From an uncultured virus (IMG/VR IMGVR_UViG_3300034110_001238) (lineage: Duplodnaviria > Heunggongvirae > Uroviricota > Caudoviricetes): DNA of 64,000 bases. Position 1 is the first letter of the stretch. Every line of letters starts with the position of its first letter. Shown here piece by piece: positions 1-9,760 of this stretch. Location: the IMG/VR virus record IMGVR_UViG_3300034110_001238; one strand, given 5' to 3'. The notes under the pieces were generated by a model. The model was not told where the DNA came from, made no database searches, and was given only the letters and a program-made list of their open reading frames with translations. The position numbers were made by a program, and so were the translations under genes.

Positions 1-306
1 CTCTACTATGTGTTGATTAGCCGTTGCTTCAACATACTGAACATTTAAGAAGTGAGGTAAGCCATAAAGAAATACGAGTAAATCAGCAACAGCGTCAACC
101 ATTTCTTTACGACCATCTTTATCATTAGGATCTTTAATTAAAACAGCAAAACCATCATCACGCAATTCGTCAAGTTCATCATAAAGGTTCTTAGCTTGGT
201 TATAAAGCTTTTCATAGTTAGTAACAGTATTACCAGTAATGCTTGAACCAAATAGGTTACCGAAAGCAGTGTTGGTGTCAGATATATTTTTATACGGTTT
301 GTTCAT
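1..306 (-). CDS. MazG-like / PRA-PH nucleotide pyrophosphohydrolase (runs off the window edge)
   Basis: Manual translation MNKPYKNISDTN...YDELDELRDD...KEMVDAVADLLVFLYG shows the acidic ExxE...ExxDxxxD helix motifs; GAGGA RBS; not in the ORF track. Confidence 0.7.
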   Translation of the reverse strand, partial: MNKPYKNISDTNTAFGNLFGSSITGNTVTNYEKLYNQAKNLYDELDELRDDGFAVLIKDPNDKDGRKEMVDAVADLLVFLYGLPHFLNVQYVEATANQHIVE

Positions 307-457
307 TTATATTTCCTCTTTAATAATAGGAAATAAGTTAACATCAAAAAACGAAAAGTCAAAAAAAAGATTATTAAAAAAAAGACAATAAGCATTGATT
401 TATCAATAATTAATGATACTCTTTTGTGTGTAAAGATTATAAATAGAGGATTTTTTA

Positions 458-1102
458 ATGGCAAAATATGGCGAATTTAACCAGTTACTAGATAAAGAAG
501 AAATACAAATAGAAATACAAAAGTTAGGTAAACATCACGATTTGAAGTTTATTCAGACTTACATGGCAATGGCGTTTCAAGCCAGTCGCTTGTCTTATTG
601 TGCTCGTTTAAAAGTGGGATCATTGATTGTAACGCCTAACAATGAAATGTTAATGGGATACAATGGAACACCTTCTGGTTATGACAACGTGTGTGAGTTA
701 CCCGGTCAAGATGTTACTAATCCGATTACTTTGCATGGTGAAGCAAATGGCATGTCAAAAGCAGAGCAAAGCACACTGAGTATTAAAAACGCTTCTTTAT
801 TTGTAACGCATATTCCCTGTATAGAATGTTCTAAAAGAATTATTCAGAGCGGCATGAAACGAGTATTTTATGTCAACGATTACCGATTGACAGATGGATT
901 AGAGCTATTGACCGATTTTCGTTCCAAAATTCAAGTGATTAAGCTTACTGCTGAAACCTATGAAATAGAAAGAATACATGGCTATTATGCACCAAGTCTT
1001 ACCATCGAAAGTGAATATGTTTACAATGTATTACTTAAAGAGATCGATGATTTAAGGAAAGAACTCAGAGAATCAAAATGCGGTTGTGTGAGATGTAAAT
1101 AA
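458..1102 (+). CDS. dCMP deaminase (ComEB-like)
   Basis: SYCARLKVG, GYNGTPSG, HGEAN and PCIEC zinc motifs; GAGGA RBS. Confidence 0.92.
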   Translation: MAKYGEFNQLLDKEEIQIEIQKLGKHHDLKFIQTYMAMAFQASRLSYCARLKVGSLIVTPNNEMLMGYNGTPSGYDNVCELPGQDVTNPITLHGEANGMSKAEQSTLSIKNASLFVTHIPCIECSKRIIQSGMKRVFYVNDYRLTDGLELLTDFRSKIQVIKLTAETYEIERIHGYYAPSLTIESEYVYNVLLKEIDDLRKELRESKCGCVRCK

Positions 1103-1148
1103 ACCATAAGACAATATTTCGGTATTGTCTTTTTTTTGGGAGGTCATC

Positions 1149-1436
1149 ATGATAGATATACATATCGGTTTAATCAGTATTTCATTATTTATCTTTGGTA
1201 TCGTGTGTTACAAATATTTTAAATACAACTCTTTGATAGTGACCAGTTCTGTATACGATATTGAAATGATAGGAATTGTTTTGCTTAGCTTTTTAAATGC
1301 TTGTGTGTGTATTATCATTTTAAAAGAGCATTTAGATTCAGTATTCTTATTGGGATCTGCACTGAATTACATCGGTATCTTCACATTAGGATCAAAAGTT
1401 ACCACTGCACGATTAAATCAAATGGATACAGAATAA
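1149..1436 (+). CDS. small membrane protein (about 3 TM)
   Basis: Hydrophobic segments; GGAGG RBS before ATG 1149. Confidence 0.65.
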   Translation: MIDIHIGLISISLFIFGIVCYKYFKYNSLIVTSSVYDIEMIGIVLLSFLNACVCIIILKEHLDSVFLLGSALNYIGIFTLGSKVTTARLNQMDTE

Positions 1437-1481
1437 GAAAAGGTCACCGAAGTGACCTTATTCTATATCTATCAATTACAA

Positions 1482-2054
1482 TTAAGCAACCTTATGCTCT
1501 TTAATAAGTTTCTTAGGCATTCTTGGTTTCTTAATTTCTTTGCACACTGTCTTAAATTGAATAGACACTGGCGTTTTACTTGAATCCATTACATTCACTT
1601 CAAAAACATAACCAATCTTGGTAAAGTATTCAATCAATGAATCAACTGAAAACTTGTCAATCTTTTTATTAACCAAGTCACTAACTCGTGGTTGTTTAAT
1701 ATCAAGAATTTCTTGAACCTGACGTTGTTTGAATTTATTAGCAACAATAATTTCACCAATGGATGTCACCAAACGTGTTTTAATTGTGTTGATATAGTTA
1801 ACATCATCAGCCGGGTAACCCTCAATTACATAACCGATTTTGTTTAAATACTCCAACAAAGAATCTATTGAAAACTTCTCAACTTTACCATTTACTAAAT
1901 CACTAACACGCGGCTGTTTAATGTTTAAAAGCTGTTCAACTTCTCTTTGTTTTAGTTTCTTATGAGCAATAAGTCTTGCGATGGTTTTCGCTAATTTTTG
2001 TTTAACACCATCCAAGTCTACTACGCTATTGCAAATAGCAACTTCTTGTTTCAT
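1482..2054 (-). CDS. XRE-family regulator with two tandem HTH domains
   Basis: Two copies of KQRxVxxxLxIKQPRVSDLVNxKxxKFSxDSL. Confidence 0.85.
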   Translation of the reverse strand: MKQEVAICNSVVDLDGVKQKLAKTIARLIAHKKLKQREVEQLLNIKQPRVSDLVNGKVEKFSIDSLLEYLNKIGYVIEGYPADDVNYINTIKTRLVTSIGEIIVANKFKQRQVQEILDIKQPRVSDLVNKKIDKFSVDSLIEYFTKIGYVFEVNVMDSSKTPVSIQFKTVCKEIKKPRMPKKLIKEHKVA

Positions 2055-2244
2055 TTTTATCTCCTTAATGAATAATACTTGTTATTATATATTTACATTA
2101 TCATTTTGTCAATTTTTAAAGGTTCTTTTTTTAAAAAAAACTATATAAAATCATAACCTTAGATAAACAGAGGCTTCCAGAGGTGTTTGCTAGTACTGGA
2201 CTATATGGTCAAGAAAATTAAGTAAAAAATATGTTTAAATATGC

Positions 2245-2273
2245 TTGACCTTTGTGTATCATTTAGCTATAAT
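2245..2273 (+). promoter_or_regulatory. sigma70 promoter of candidate sRNA
   Basis: TTGACC-17bp-TATAAT. Confidence 0.75.
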
Positions 2274-2279
2274 GAGCGT

Positions 2280-2362
2280 CCCCCAAATAATAATAATAAT
2301 GTTATATACCCACTGTACTGGCTCATAAGTTATCCCCCAATCCGACTTATGAGCTTTTTTTT
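2280..2362 (+). ncRNA. candidate ~80 nt sRNA with (AAU)5 tract
   Basis: Promoter, no RBS-led ORF, (AAT)5 at 2286-2300, 10-bp hairpin GCTCATAAGT/ACTTATGAGC followed by T8. Confidence 0.6.
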
Positions 2363-2409
2363 GTCAAAAAAAATACCCCCGTAGGAGTATTTTTAATTCA
2401 AGCAATTAT

Positions 2410-4761
2410 TTAACTTGGTGAGTTTCTATTTTTTCTTGGTTTTACTACAACTGAAAGATCAGGTCTTGATGTCAAGAACTTTTCTCGCAACGTAACCAAA
2501 TCCAATTCACGGTCTTCTTTTGACATCTTTTTAACACCGTCTAAAAACTCAATCGCATGGGTTTTGTCATCGTCTTTAATATTCAAAGAGCTAACCAAAG
2601 CATGTAGATCAGTTTTAACACCTTTGACAGCATCCACATTGATTTGGTTTACACAATCACTCATAGACTTCCAAAATTGATAGTAAGGAAGCTTAACCAT
2701 AAACATGCTAGATCCTTCAACTACAAAACCTTCCATGTGTCTTTTTGTTTTGAAAGCTGATTCATTAGTCAGTGCATTAAAAAACTTTTCAAAACCTTCA
2801 AAGTTATTAAAGCTTACAAATTTTTTCTTTGCATCAAAAGCTTCAAAATGCCCAGCAAAGGCTTCCAAGTTTTCATAAGTCAATTGTGTTAGAACAACAT
2901 CACGTTTCACTACCGCCAATAATACAATAGAACTCTTTTCTGGCTTAATGATATTTGATTCATTCTTAGCATCAATGACTTCAAAAATATAGTTAACATT
3001 GTGTTTATTTGCAAACACTTTCATAAATTCAAGTTCGCTTGATTTAAGATTGCTCAAAATCAATTGTTTGAAATCTTCTGCTTCAGCGGTATCAATACCA
3101 TATTTAGATGTAAACACCAATGAAGTGTTTTCAACATCATACCCAATCATGGCTAAGCGACCATCTTCTTGTTCAAATACATTCAAAGCCCCAGTTTCTT
3201 TTGCTTTGATAGCATCTAATGTATTATCAGCCACATCTTTTTCATTTAATTCATAAAATTTATCAAAACCTCGTGTGACGATATCCCCTGTTTTATTGTT
3301 CACGACAAGTCCACGAATCTTAACAGACGATTTCTGGATGTTTGATTCAACGACATCATGACTAAAATTAAATGTAGATAAATGTGGTTTTGAGATAGAT
3401 ACAGTTTCCACCAATAATTTATTGTCTCTCAAATCCTGAAGCAATTCCATACCACTCTTATGACCATCTACTTTACGGTTTAAAAAATGAGCAAGAGCAC
3501 CTTCTGGTTCAGCATTACCAAACATACCCGCTTCTTTTTCCATTTTAAGCACTTCTTCTTTGTTAAATACTTTATTGGTAATGTAGACTCCATTGAAGCC
3601 TTCGCGGCTTACTCTTAACACCGGCAAGCTACCACCGTATTCAACATCAGCTTCCAGTGCAAAGCTTTTAGGATAACTATTGAAATCTAGTTTGTGTTGA
3701 TTTCTATGACCATGAACCTGATACCATTCATTGTCTTTATTTTGTTCATTAAACTTACCATCAACGTCATAACTGTATGGGCCATAACCACGCATATATT
3801 CATCATCAGCCAAAAGACGTGGAAATTCAGGAACAGCCGTCAAACCAGCATGTGTGGTCATGATTTTTTTTCCATTGTATTGAATAAAGCTAAATAACTG
3901 CATTTTACGATACAATTCTTTCATATCTTCTTTTGTAAATCCTGCTTTTTCAAGTTGTGGCAATGTTTTATTCATAAATTCATCGGGTGGTGTGTAGATA
4001 TCATGACTGTAGTTATACATATGCTTCTCATGATTACCAGCAAGAATTAATACGTTAGGGTATTCAAGATATTTTCGAACAAAGTGAAGGCACTTATCGT
4101 TTTCAATGCCACGATCAAGATAATCACCGACAAAAATATAAAATTCATCTTTTTTGAAACCGCCTTCCTTTTCAAAATATTTTTTCAATGGATAAAATGA
4201 ACCTTGAAGATCACCGATGTAATGGATCTTCTTGTAACCACTTAAATCAATCATTAAGTCTTCTGGTGAAGCTTTAACAAACTTAATAGCAGCTTCTGGT
4301 GTAATAATTTTCGTCATGTCATTGAATGATGCATTCTGAAACAATTCGTAGTTTCTATCAATCGCATCTTTTGGCAATCTTTTGTAAGGTTCACGTTGAT
4401 CGTTACGAGCGTAATAAAATTCAATAGGTTGCAATGGGAATTGAACCACACGATAATCATAATCAAATTTTTGCAAAAGGTCCATATAAGAATCAATCGC
4501 TTTCTGGTCTTGGTTAAGATTGTCAATAAAGAGAACACCACCCATTTGAAGTCTCAATTCAAAGGCTTCCATAAATTTACCAAAAACCAAATCTTCTCGA
4601 TTGTTGGATAATACAAGGCGACCATCCATATCTGTTGCAGCTCCTGCATAAATATGACGAATAGCATCAAGAGATAAACTATGAGCATCTAATCCATGTT
4701 CTCTAATAAAAGTTGATTTACCAGTCCCCGGCATCGCTGATAAAAAGTAAACTGTTCTCAT
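2410..4761 (-). CDS. Pnkp-like protein: P-loop kinase + calcineurin-like phosphoesterase + Rnl1-like ligase domain
   Basis: AMPGTGKS; GDLQG, GDYLDRG, GNHE, HAG, HGH; RGFDKF, IFEVI, EGFVV, KLPYY. Confidence 0.85.
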   Translation of the reverse strand: MRTVYFLSAMPGTGKSTFIREHGLDAHSLSLDAIRHIYAGAATDMDGRLVLSNNREDLVFGKFMEAFELRLQMGGVLFIDNLNQDQKAIDSYMDLLQKFDYDYRVVQFPLQPIEFYYARNDQREPYKRLPKDAIDRNYELFQNASFNDMTKIITPEAAIKFVKASPEDLMIDLSGYKKIHYIGDLQGSFYPLKKYFEKEGGFKKDEFYIFVGDYLDRGIENDKCLHFVRKYLEYPNVLILAGNHEKHMYNYSHDIYTPPDEFMNKTLPQLEKAGFTKEDMKELYRKMQLFSFIQYNGKKIMTTHAGLTAVPEFPRLLADDEYMRGYGPYSYDVDGKFNEQNKDNEWYQVHGHRNQHKLDFNSYPKSFALEADVEYGGSLPVLRVSREGFNGVYITNKVFNKEEVLKMEKEAGMFGNAEPEGALAHFLNRKVDGHKSGMELLQDLRDNKLLVETVSISKPHLSTFNFSHDVVESNIQKSSVKIRGLVVNNKTGDIVTRGFDKFYELNEKDVADNTLDAIKAKETGALNVFEQEDGRLAMIGYDVENTSLVFTSKYGIDTAEAEDFKQLILSNLKSSELEFMKVFANKHNVNYIFEVIDAKNESNIIKPEKSSIVLLAVVKRDVVLTQLTYENLEAFAGHFEAFDAKKKFVSFNNFEGFEKFFNALTNESAFKTKRHMEGFVVEGSSMFMVKLPYYQFWKSMSDCVNQINVDAVKGVKTDLHALVSSLNIKDDDKTHAIEFLDGVKKMSKEDRELDLVTLREKFLTSRPDLSVVVKPRKNRNSPS

Positions 4762-4883
4762 TATAATAAATTTCCTGTATGTGCGTTAATATGATTATTA
4801 TAGCATAGTAATCGACTTTTAAAAAGTTTTTTTTGTTGACTTTATTTCGTTTATTTTATATAATTGGTGAAAAAGGAGAGTAT

Positions 4884-5552
4884 ATGACTCAAGTCGCATT
4901 GAACAATTATGTAGCGGACCTGCATCGAATGGAAGAAGCATTTAAAGATACTTTTTCTAATGATAACATTGAGATGTTTGCTGCTAACATTTTAAACCAA
5001 AGAATGTTTATCTATAATATTGAAAGAAAATTGAGAGAAAGATCTCATAACTCAGCCAATCCAGATAATCATATGGCGACTTTATATAATTATCTAAATG
5101 ATTATATCGAAAACTCCCCTTCACCTTACAGAAATCTTGTCTTATTTGAAATCGATCAACTGGTTGATGATAAAAACTGTATAAGTTCAGAAGTTGAAAA
5201 ATATTTCATTCTTGAAAACTGTTCAATGACCGTGAATTTGTTTATGCATCTGTATTACAAAGAAACAGGCATTGAAATCAATCCATATGATTTAAAAGTA
5301 ACAGAAGTAGAAGAAATCTTAATGAATTTAGGTCTTAATCGAAAAATGGCTCTTAAATTTTGTGTTGCTGCCATTGCAGAATGCTTTGAAAAAGGTAACC
5401 AAAGCATTGTTAAGTCTATTGTAGGTGATAAGATGGATAAATTTTATAAATTCTATGATACCAGTGTAGCTAATCATAATACTTATGATGGTGAGGGATT
5501 TATGTTGTTGCTATTTCTAGCAACCTTTACATACATTTGTGAATCTTTTTAG
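4884..5552 (+). CDS. hypothetical protein
   Basis: ORF with AGGAG RBS before ATG 4884. Confidence 0.7.
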   Translation: MTQVALNNYVADLHRMEEAFKDTFSNDNIEMFAANILNQRMFIYNIERKLRERSHNSANPDNHMATLYNYLNDYIENSPSPYRNLVLFEIDQLVDDKNCISSEVEKYFILENCSMTVNLFMHLYYKETGIEINPYDLKVTEVEEILMNLGLNRKMALKFCVAAIAECFEKGNQSIVKSIVGDKMDKFYKFYDTSVANHNTYDGEGFMLLLFLATFTYICESF

Positions 5553-6159
5553 GACATTCCTGCTTAAACTCAGAAGCTATCTTGTTATGAAGTGGTTTAT
5601 ACTTCTCGTGAAGTTTAGACCAATCATTTTTCATGATGAGATAGTCTTTAATAACTTGATCGTATAATTCATTACAACTTTCTGGATTGATTTTATTCGT
5701 TTTGGCTATTTGTAGACCAAAATCTAGAATACGAAGAGAATGCCACAATGACTTGTAAGACACACTCAAATTAAAATCTTCTTCAACAATCAATTTTTTC
5801 TTAGCTTTGACGTAACTGTTTGAACTTTTTTGTGAGCAGCTTTCTCTTAGTTTTTCTTTGTCCAAAGTAAACCCTTCGATTTCACGACTGAGTGCTGGTG
5901 AGAGATATTTTTCTTTATGGGAAATATAGAGACATTCCAGAACTGAGATTTCATGTTCTTTTAAACGCTCTAAGAATTCTTCTTTGCTATAATTGCTGAT
6001 TTCATATTTAATATTATCTTGTTCAAACTGTTCTTGAAAGTAAGGTTTATTACTAACAATAATGAAATCAAAATCTTCTGGTGTTTTGTTTTTGTAGACA
6101 TTAGATCCATAAGGGAATACAGCAATGGCATTATATTTATCTTTCAATTCATTTATCAT
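5527..6159 (-). CDS. Pol-beta superfamily nucleotidyltransferase domain protein
   Basis: PYGSNVY...EDFDFIIV motif. Confidence 0.75.
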   Translation of the reverse strand: MINELKDKYNAIAVFPYGSNVYKNKTPEDFDFIIVSNKPYFQEQFEQDNIKYEISNYSKEEFLERLKEHEISVLECLYISHKEKYLSPALSREIEGFTLDKEKLRESCSQKSSNSYVKAKKKLIVEEDFNLSVSYKSLWHSLRILDFGLQIAKTNKINPESCNELYDQVIKDYLIMKNDWSKLHEKYKPLHNKIASEFKQECPKKIHKCM

Positions 6160-6201
6160 ACTGATCTCGTTTTCTTTTCAGTATAGCATAAAAATTGAAT
6201 A

Positions 6202-6512
6202 AAAAAAAAGAGAGCCTTTCGACTCTCTTATCATTCCTTTGGTTTTTACATCCATTAAAACAAATTTAACACTCCGTGTACATAAACTAGAACATATTCC
6301 ATCGAGCATTCTAATTCTTCTTCCTTTTCCTTGTAACAGTCCTTTATTGAGTGATTCCCTATCATCCTGATATAACCTTATATCCTTAAATCATCATCCT
6401 GATACGCTTACATCCTTGAGTCACTATTCCTTTTTTATTGTCGTCCATTACATCATCAGCCCACACTCAAAATCATTTTTCATGCAGTTATTTTTATTGT
6501 TTCCTTGCTGAC
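6202..6512 (-). ncRNA. CsrB/RsmZ-like CsrA(RsmA)-sequestering sRNA
   Basis: 15 GGA motifs in ~310 nt, some in hairpin loops (ATC-AGGAT-GAT x2, ACAC-GGA-GTGT); promoter TTGACA at 6546-6541; terminator GAGAGTC-GAAA-GGCTCTC + T-run. Confidence 0.85.
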
Positions 6513-6797
6513 AATTACATACTAACAGGATTTTATTTTATGTCAACTAGATTTATAGCATTTTGCATGGTTTTTTATTGACGCCAAAGGAATATCTTCA
6601 ATTTTATCTAAATTTTCTGTAAATAAAGTCAACATCATTATCTAATAAGTCCTTGAGTTAAAAGCAAAATTTAATAATATAAAAATTTTTATCATTGAAT
6701 ATTAAAAAGTTGTGGTTTTTTGCAATATTTTTTTTTTATTTTCTGGCGTTCTGCATGATCTCTATTTAAGGTTCTACTAATAATTGCCTACAAGTCT

Positions 6798-6815
6798 TGT
6801 AAGAGGTAGCTTACA
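6798..6815. promoter_or_regulatory. GacA/UvrY box (upstream activating sequence)
   Basis: TGTAAG-AGGTAG-CTTACA, exact match to the TGTAAG-N6-CTTACA consensus of Pseudomonas rsm sRNA genes. Confidence 0.8.
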
Positions 6816-7051
6816 AGGTATTCATCAATATACCCTCAAAATATGTGCCAACTCTCATAATATTGAATAATAATAGACGAAATACATCGTAAAATGAGAC
6901 ATGGTAGACAAACAACAAGTAACGTCAGTTGAATGGCGTCATATATTATAATGATTAAAAATATAACAATAAACACTGTTGCCGTCTTCCTTTTTGTATA
7001 AATTATGATATTAGTTTATAGAATAACATTAAAAATCTTGGAGATTAAAAT

Positions 7052-7333
7052 ATGACATTTTTAGAAAAAGTAAACGACTTATCCATTAAACTACTTGCAA
7101 TCAAAGAAAAATTTGATGGTTTGGACAGAGACGCTTTATTAAAATCAGATTTAGAAGAACTATTAAAATTAGAAGAGTTGTTGAATTTTTACATCAATAC
7201 AGTGGTTGAATTAGTCATTGAGGAAAATGCTGAATTTGTTAAAGACAATAAAGAACTTGTTAAAAAGATTTTCATTAACGTTGATGAGTTTGTGAAGAAG
7301 GTAAATGACAATATGAATGCAGAATACTTCTAA
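7052..7333 (+). CDS. hypothetical protein
   Basis: ORF with GGAG RBS. Confidence 0.7.
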   Translation: MTFLEKVNDLSIKLLAIKEKFDGLDRDALLKSDLEELLKLEELLNFYINTVVELVIEENAEFVKDNKELVKKIFINVDEFVKKVNDNMNAEYF

Positions 7334-7390
7334 ATGGCACTTTATTAATATAATTTTTATTGTATAATATTAGTATAACAAGGTGATAAT

Positions 7391-7849
7391 ATGTCTAAAC
7401 TAATTGAAAACCCATACAACGTATTGATTACATTAAGTGCTAAAATAATATACGACTTAAAAATTAAAGAAGATAACTGGTTAAAGGTTATTGAATTTGT
7501 TAAAGGTCACGTCAATGCGAATGTGAAAAACGAAGGTTATGCACTAAAACTTATAAAAGAACAAATCAGTGAAGTGGACGCAAACTGTTTCAAGCTATTT
7601 GTAAACGAGTTCAACGCAACAATAGATGTCAAAAAATGTTATTTCAAACTCATTGATTGGATACTACAAATTAATTTGAAAAGACAAAGACTTTCTAAAT
7701 CCGTTAACAAGAAGACAGTAGCTAAACATATCATAAAAGAAGAGTTGTTTGAAGCCAATAAGCATTTTACAGATAAAAAATTGGTTGCCACTATTAATGT
7801 AGACAAAATTATTGATGTCAGTATCAACTCTTACATTAAAACAGCATGA
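7391..7849 (+). CDS. hypothetical protein
   Basis: ORF with AAGGTG RBS and downstream terminator. Confidence 0.7.
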   Translation: MSKLIENPYNVLITLSAKIIYDLKIKEDNWLKVIEFVKGHVNANVKNEGYALKLIKEQISEVDANCFKLFVNEFNATIDVKKCYFKLIDWILQINLKRQRLSKSVNKKTVAKHIIKEELFEANKHFTDKKLVATINVDKIIDVSINSYIKTA

Positions 7850-7992
7850 AAAAGAAATATCTAAATTAAAGCCCTCAGATGAGGGTTTTTTTATTTCCAA
7901 ATAAAAATAGTTGCTAGTACATTTTTTTTCAAAACTTATTCACAACTGTTGAAAACATGTTACAATTATTATAATAATTAAAATATATCAAC

Positions 7993-8517
7993 ATGGCACT
8001 ATTCAAACAAAGTATATCAGAAGAACTGTCGAATGAACTTCATGGTCTAGTCGATGATTACACTGAAAATTTAATAAATTATGTATCAATTGCAGAAAAA
8101 ATAGAAGATCGTGAAGAGGTCGCAGAAGAATTGTTAAGTGGTGCTGCAGCTTCCATCATTGCGGCCATACCCATCGGAATGTGGATAGGTTCAGCCTATT
8201 TGGACAGTTTAACAGGTGGTGCAACAATAGGAGCCTTAGTCCCTGCTAGTCTTGGTTTAGGATCTGGATTGATTTCATATTTGAATCGCAGAGACACACA
8301 GCAATTAGCTATCAGTGATGATTTAGACAAGTCACTACAATCTAAACATAATGCTGTATATGGTAAAGAATTTCTAGACAAACTCAGTGAATTCAATATT
8401 GATGATGCTTTCAATGAAATAAAAGCAGTGGTTGATGAAAGTATTAAAAATCCACCAAAGTTTCAAGAAAATATAGGCAATGAAGTAAGATCTATTTTAA
8501 ACAAAAATAAAATTTAA
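7993..8517 (+). CDS. protein with Gly-rich hydrophobic hairpin (paralog of 8579)
   Basis: IPIGMWIG...GGATIGALVP; aligns end to end with the next ORF. Confidence 0.75.
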   Translation: MALFKQSISEELSNELHGLVDDYTENLINYVSIAEKIEDREEVAEELLSGAAASIIAAIPIGMWIGSAYLDSLTGGATIGALVPASLGLGSGLISYLNRRDTQQLAISDDLDKSLQSKHNAVYGKEFLDKLSEFNIDDAFNEIKAVVDESIKNPPKFQENIGNEVRSILNKNKI

Positions 8518-8578
8518 CATAAATATATTATTTTTCTCTAAATATGATAATATATAAATATAACAAAGAAAATACAAT

Positions 8579-9106
8579 ATGTCACTATTCAAAAACAAAA
8601 CATCAGATAATCTTGTAGATAAACTTAATGAGATTGTTGAGGACTTCTCAACACAAATGAAAAATTATAAGTCAATTGATACGAAAATTGGTAATCGTGA
8701 TGAACTTTCTAACAACCTTATAATGACTACATTTTTAACAGGTATGGCAACCATTCCTACTGGTATGATGCTAGGAAAACTTTATTTCGAAAATATAGCG
8801 GCAGGCGGTGCATTGGGAGCAATCCTACCAGTTGGACTCGCGGCTGGAGCTGGTGTACTTTCATACCTTAACTATAAGGTAAAAGAAAACCTTGAAAACG
8901 ATAATACCATTGAAAAAACAATGAAATCAAAACATAATGAAAAACATGGTAATGATTTTTTGAAAAAATTGGAAGACTTAGATATTGGTGATACCTTTAA
9001 CAAAATAAAAACGATAATTGAAGATAGTGTAAAAAACCCACCGTCTCATCAATCTAATGTATTAAAAGAAGTTAAAAAGACACTGAAAAATGATAGTCTA
9101 AAATAA
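8579..9106 (+). CDS. protein with Gly-rich hydrophobic hairpin (paralog of 7993)
   Basis: IPTGMMLG...GGALGAILP. Confidence 0.75.
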   Translation: MSLFKNKTSDNLVDKLNEIVEDFSTQMKNYKSIDTKIGNRDELSNNLIMTTFLTGMATIPTGMMLGKLYFENIAAGGALGAILPVGLAAGAGVLSYLNYKVKENLENDNTIEKTMKSKHNEKHGNDFLKKLEDLDIGDTFNKIKTIIEDSVKNPPSHQSNVLKEVKKTLKNDSLK

Positions 9107-9168
9107 ATAATTATTAATTTAATAATAAAAAAGAACACCGAATGTGTTCTCTTTTTATGCAAATTTTT

Positions 9169-9615
9169 TTATTTTGTTTCAACACAGACTTCATATCTCG
9201 GATATGGACCACCATCAAAACGAATACTACCTTTTGAATATGTAATACCATTAACCAGTTTTGGTGTATCAGGATTGATATTACCATTTGTCGATTCCAT
9301 AATTGTGCTTCCTTCATAATAGAGAATAAAAGTCTTATAGTAACTGCTTACACCATTGACCCACATTGTTTTACTACTAGGATCTTCATTATAACTACAT
9401 ACTGGACCTGCAGGCGGTTGGACAGGTGGCAGAATTGGCGGTTCTATTGGTGTAATTTCTAAATCAGGTTGTATAGATTTCTTGTTTACTAATAAGATAG
9501 ATCCTTTCTCAAGAGCTGCACCTTTCCCTTCAAGATTATACTGAACTACATAGTTATCTGCTTGTGCTGTTGATGCTATCATTACGAATGATGATATTAA
9601 TATTATTTTATTCAT
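9169..9615 (-). CDS. secreted protein (ADY-type family, Pro-rich linker)
   Basis: Signal peptide ending AQA-DNY; C-terminal GITYSKG...YEVC. Confidence 0.75.
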   Translation of the reverse strand: MNKIILISSFVMIASTAQADNYVVQYNLEGKGAALEKGSILLVNKKSIQPDLEITPIEPPILPPVQPPAGPVCSYNEDPSSKTMWVNGVSSYYKTFILYYEGSTIMESTNGNINPDTPKLVNGITYSKGSIRFDGGPYPRYEVCVETK

Positions 9616-9760
9616 TAATTATTGTTATGTTTTTAATCAGCTTAGCATTAAATAAAAATTTTCAAAATATTAAAATATAAAAAAGCCATATATTCGATAT
9701 TTATATTGATTTTAAGATCAAAAAGAGATAGAATTGAGTATTCTTTCAGGAGCTTAATAC

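Noticed and set aside
4195..4220. GDLQG instead of GDxHG as sign of a dead phosphatase
   Set aside because: Gln at this position occurs in ApaH-type metallophosphoesterases, and the other motifs are intact
6835..6995. Sigma54-like TGGCAC site and AAnAAnAA motifs suggesting a CrcZ-like RNA
   Set aside because: The -12 element is TTGA rather than TTGC, it faces away from the motifs, and there is no clear terminator
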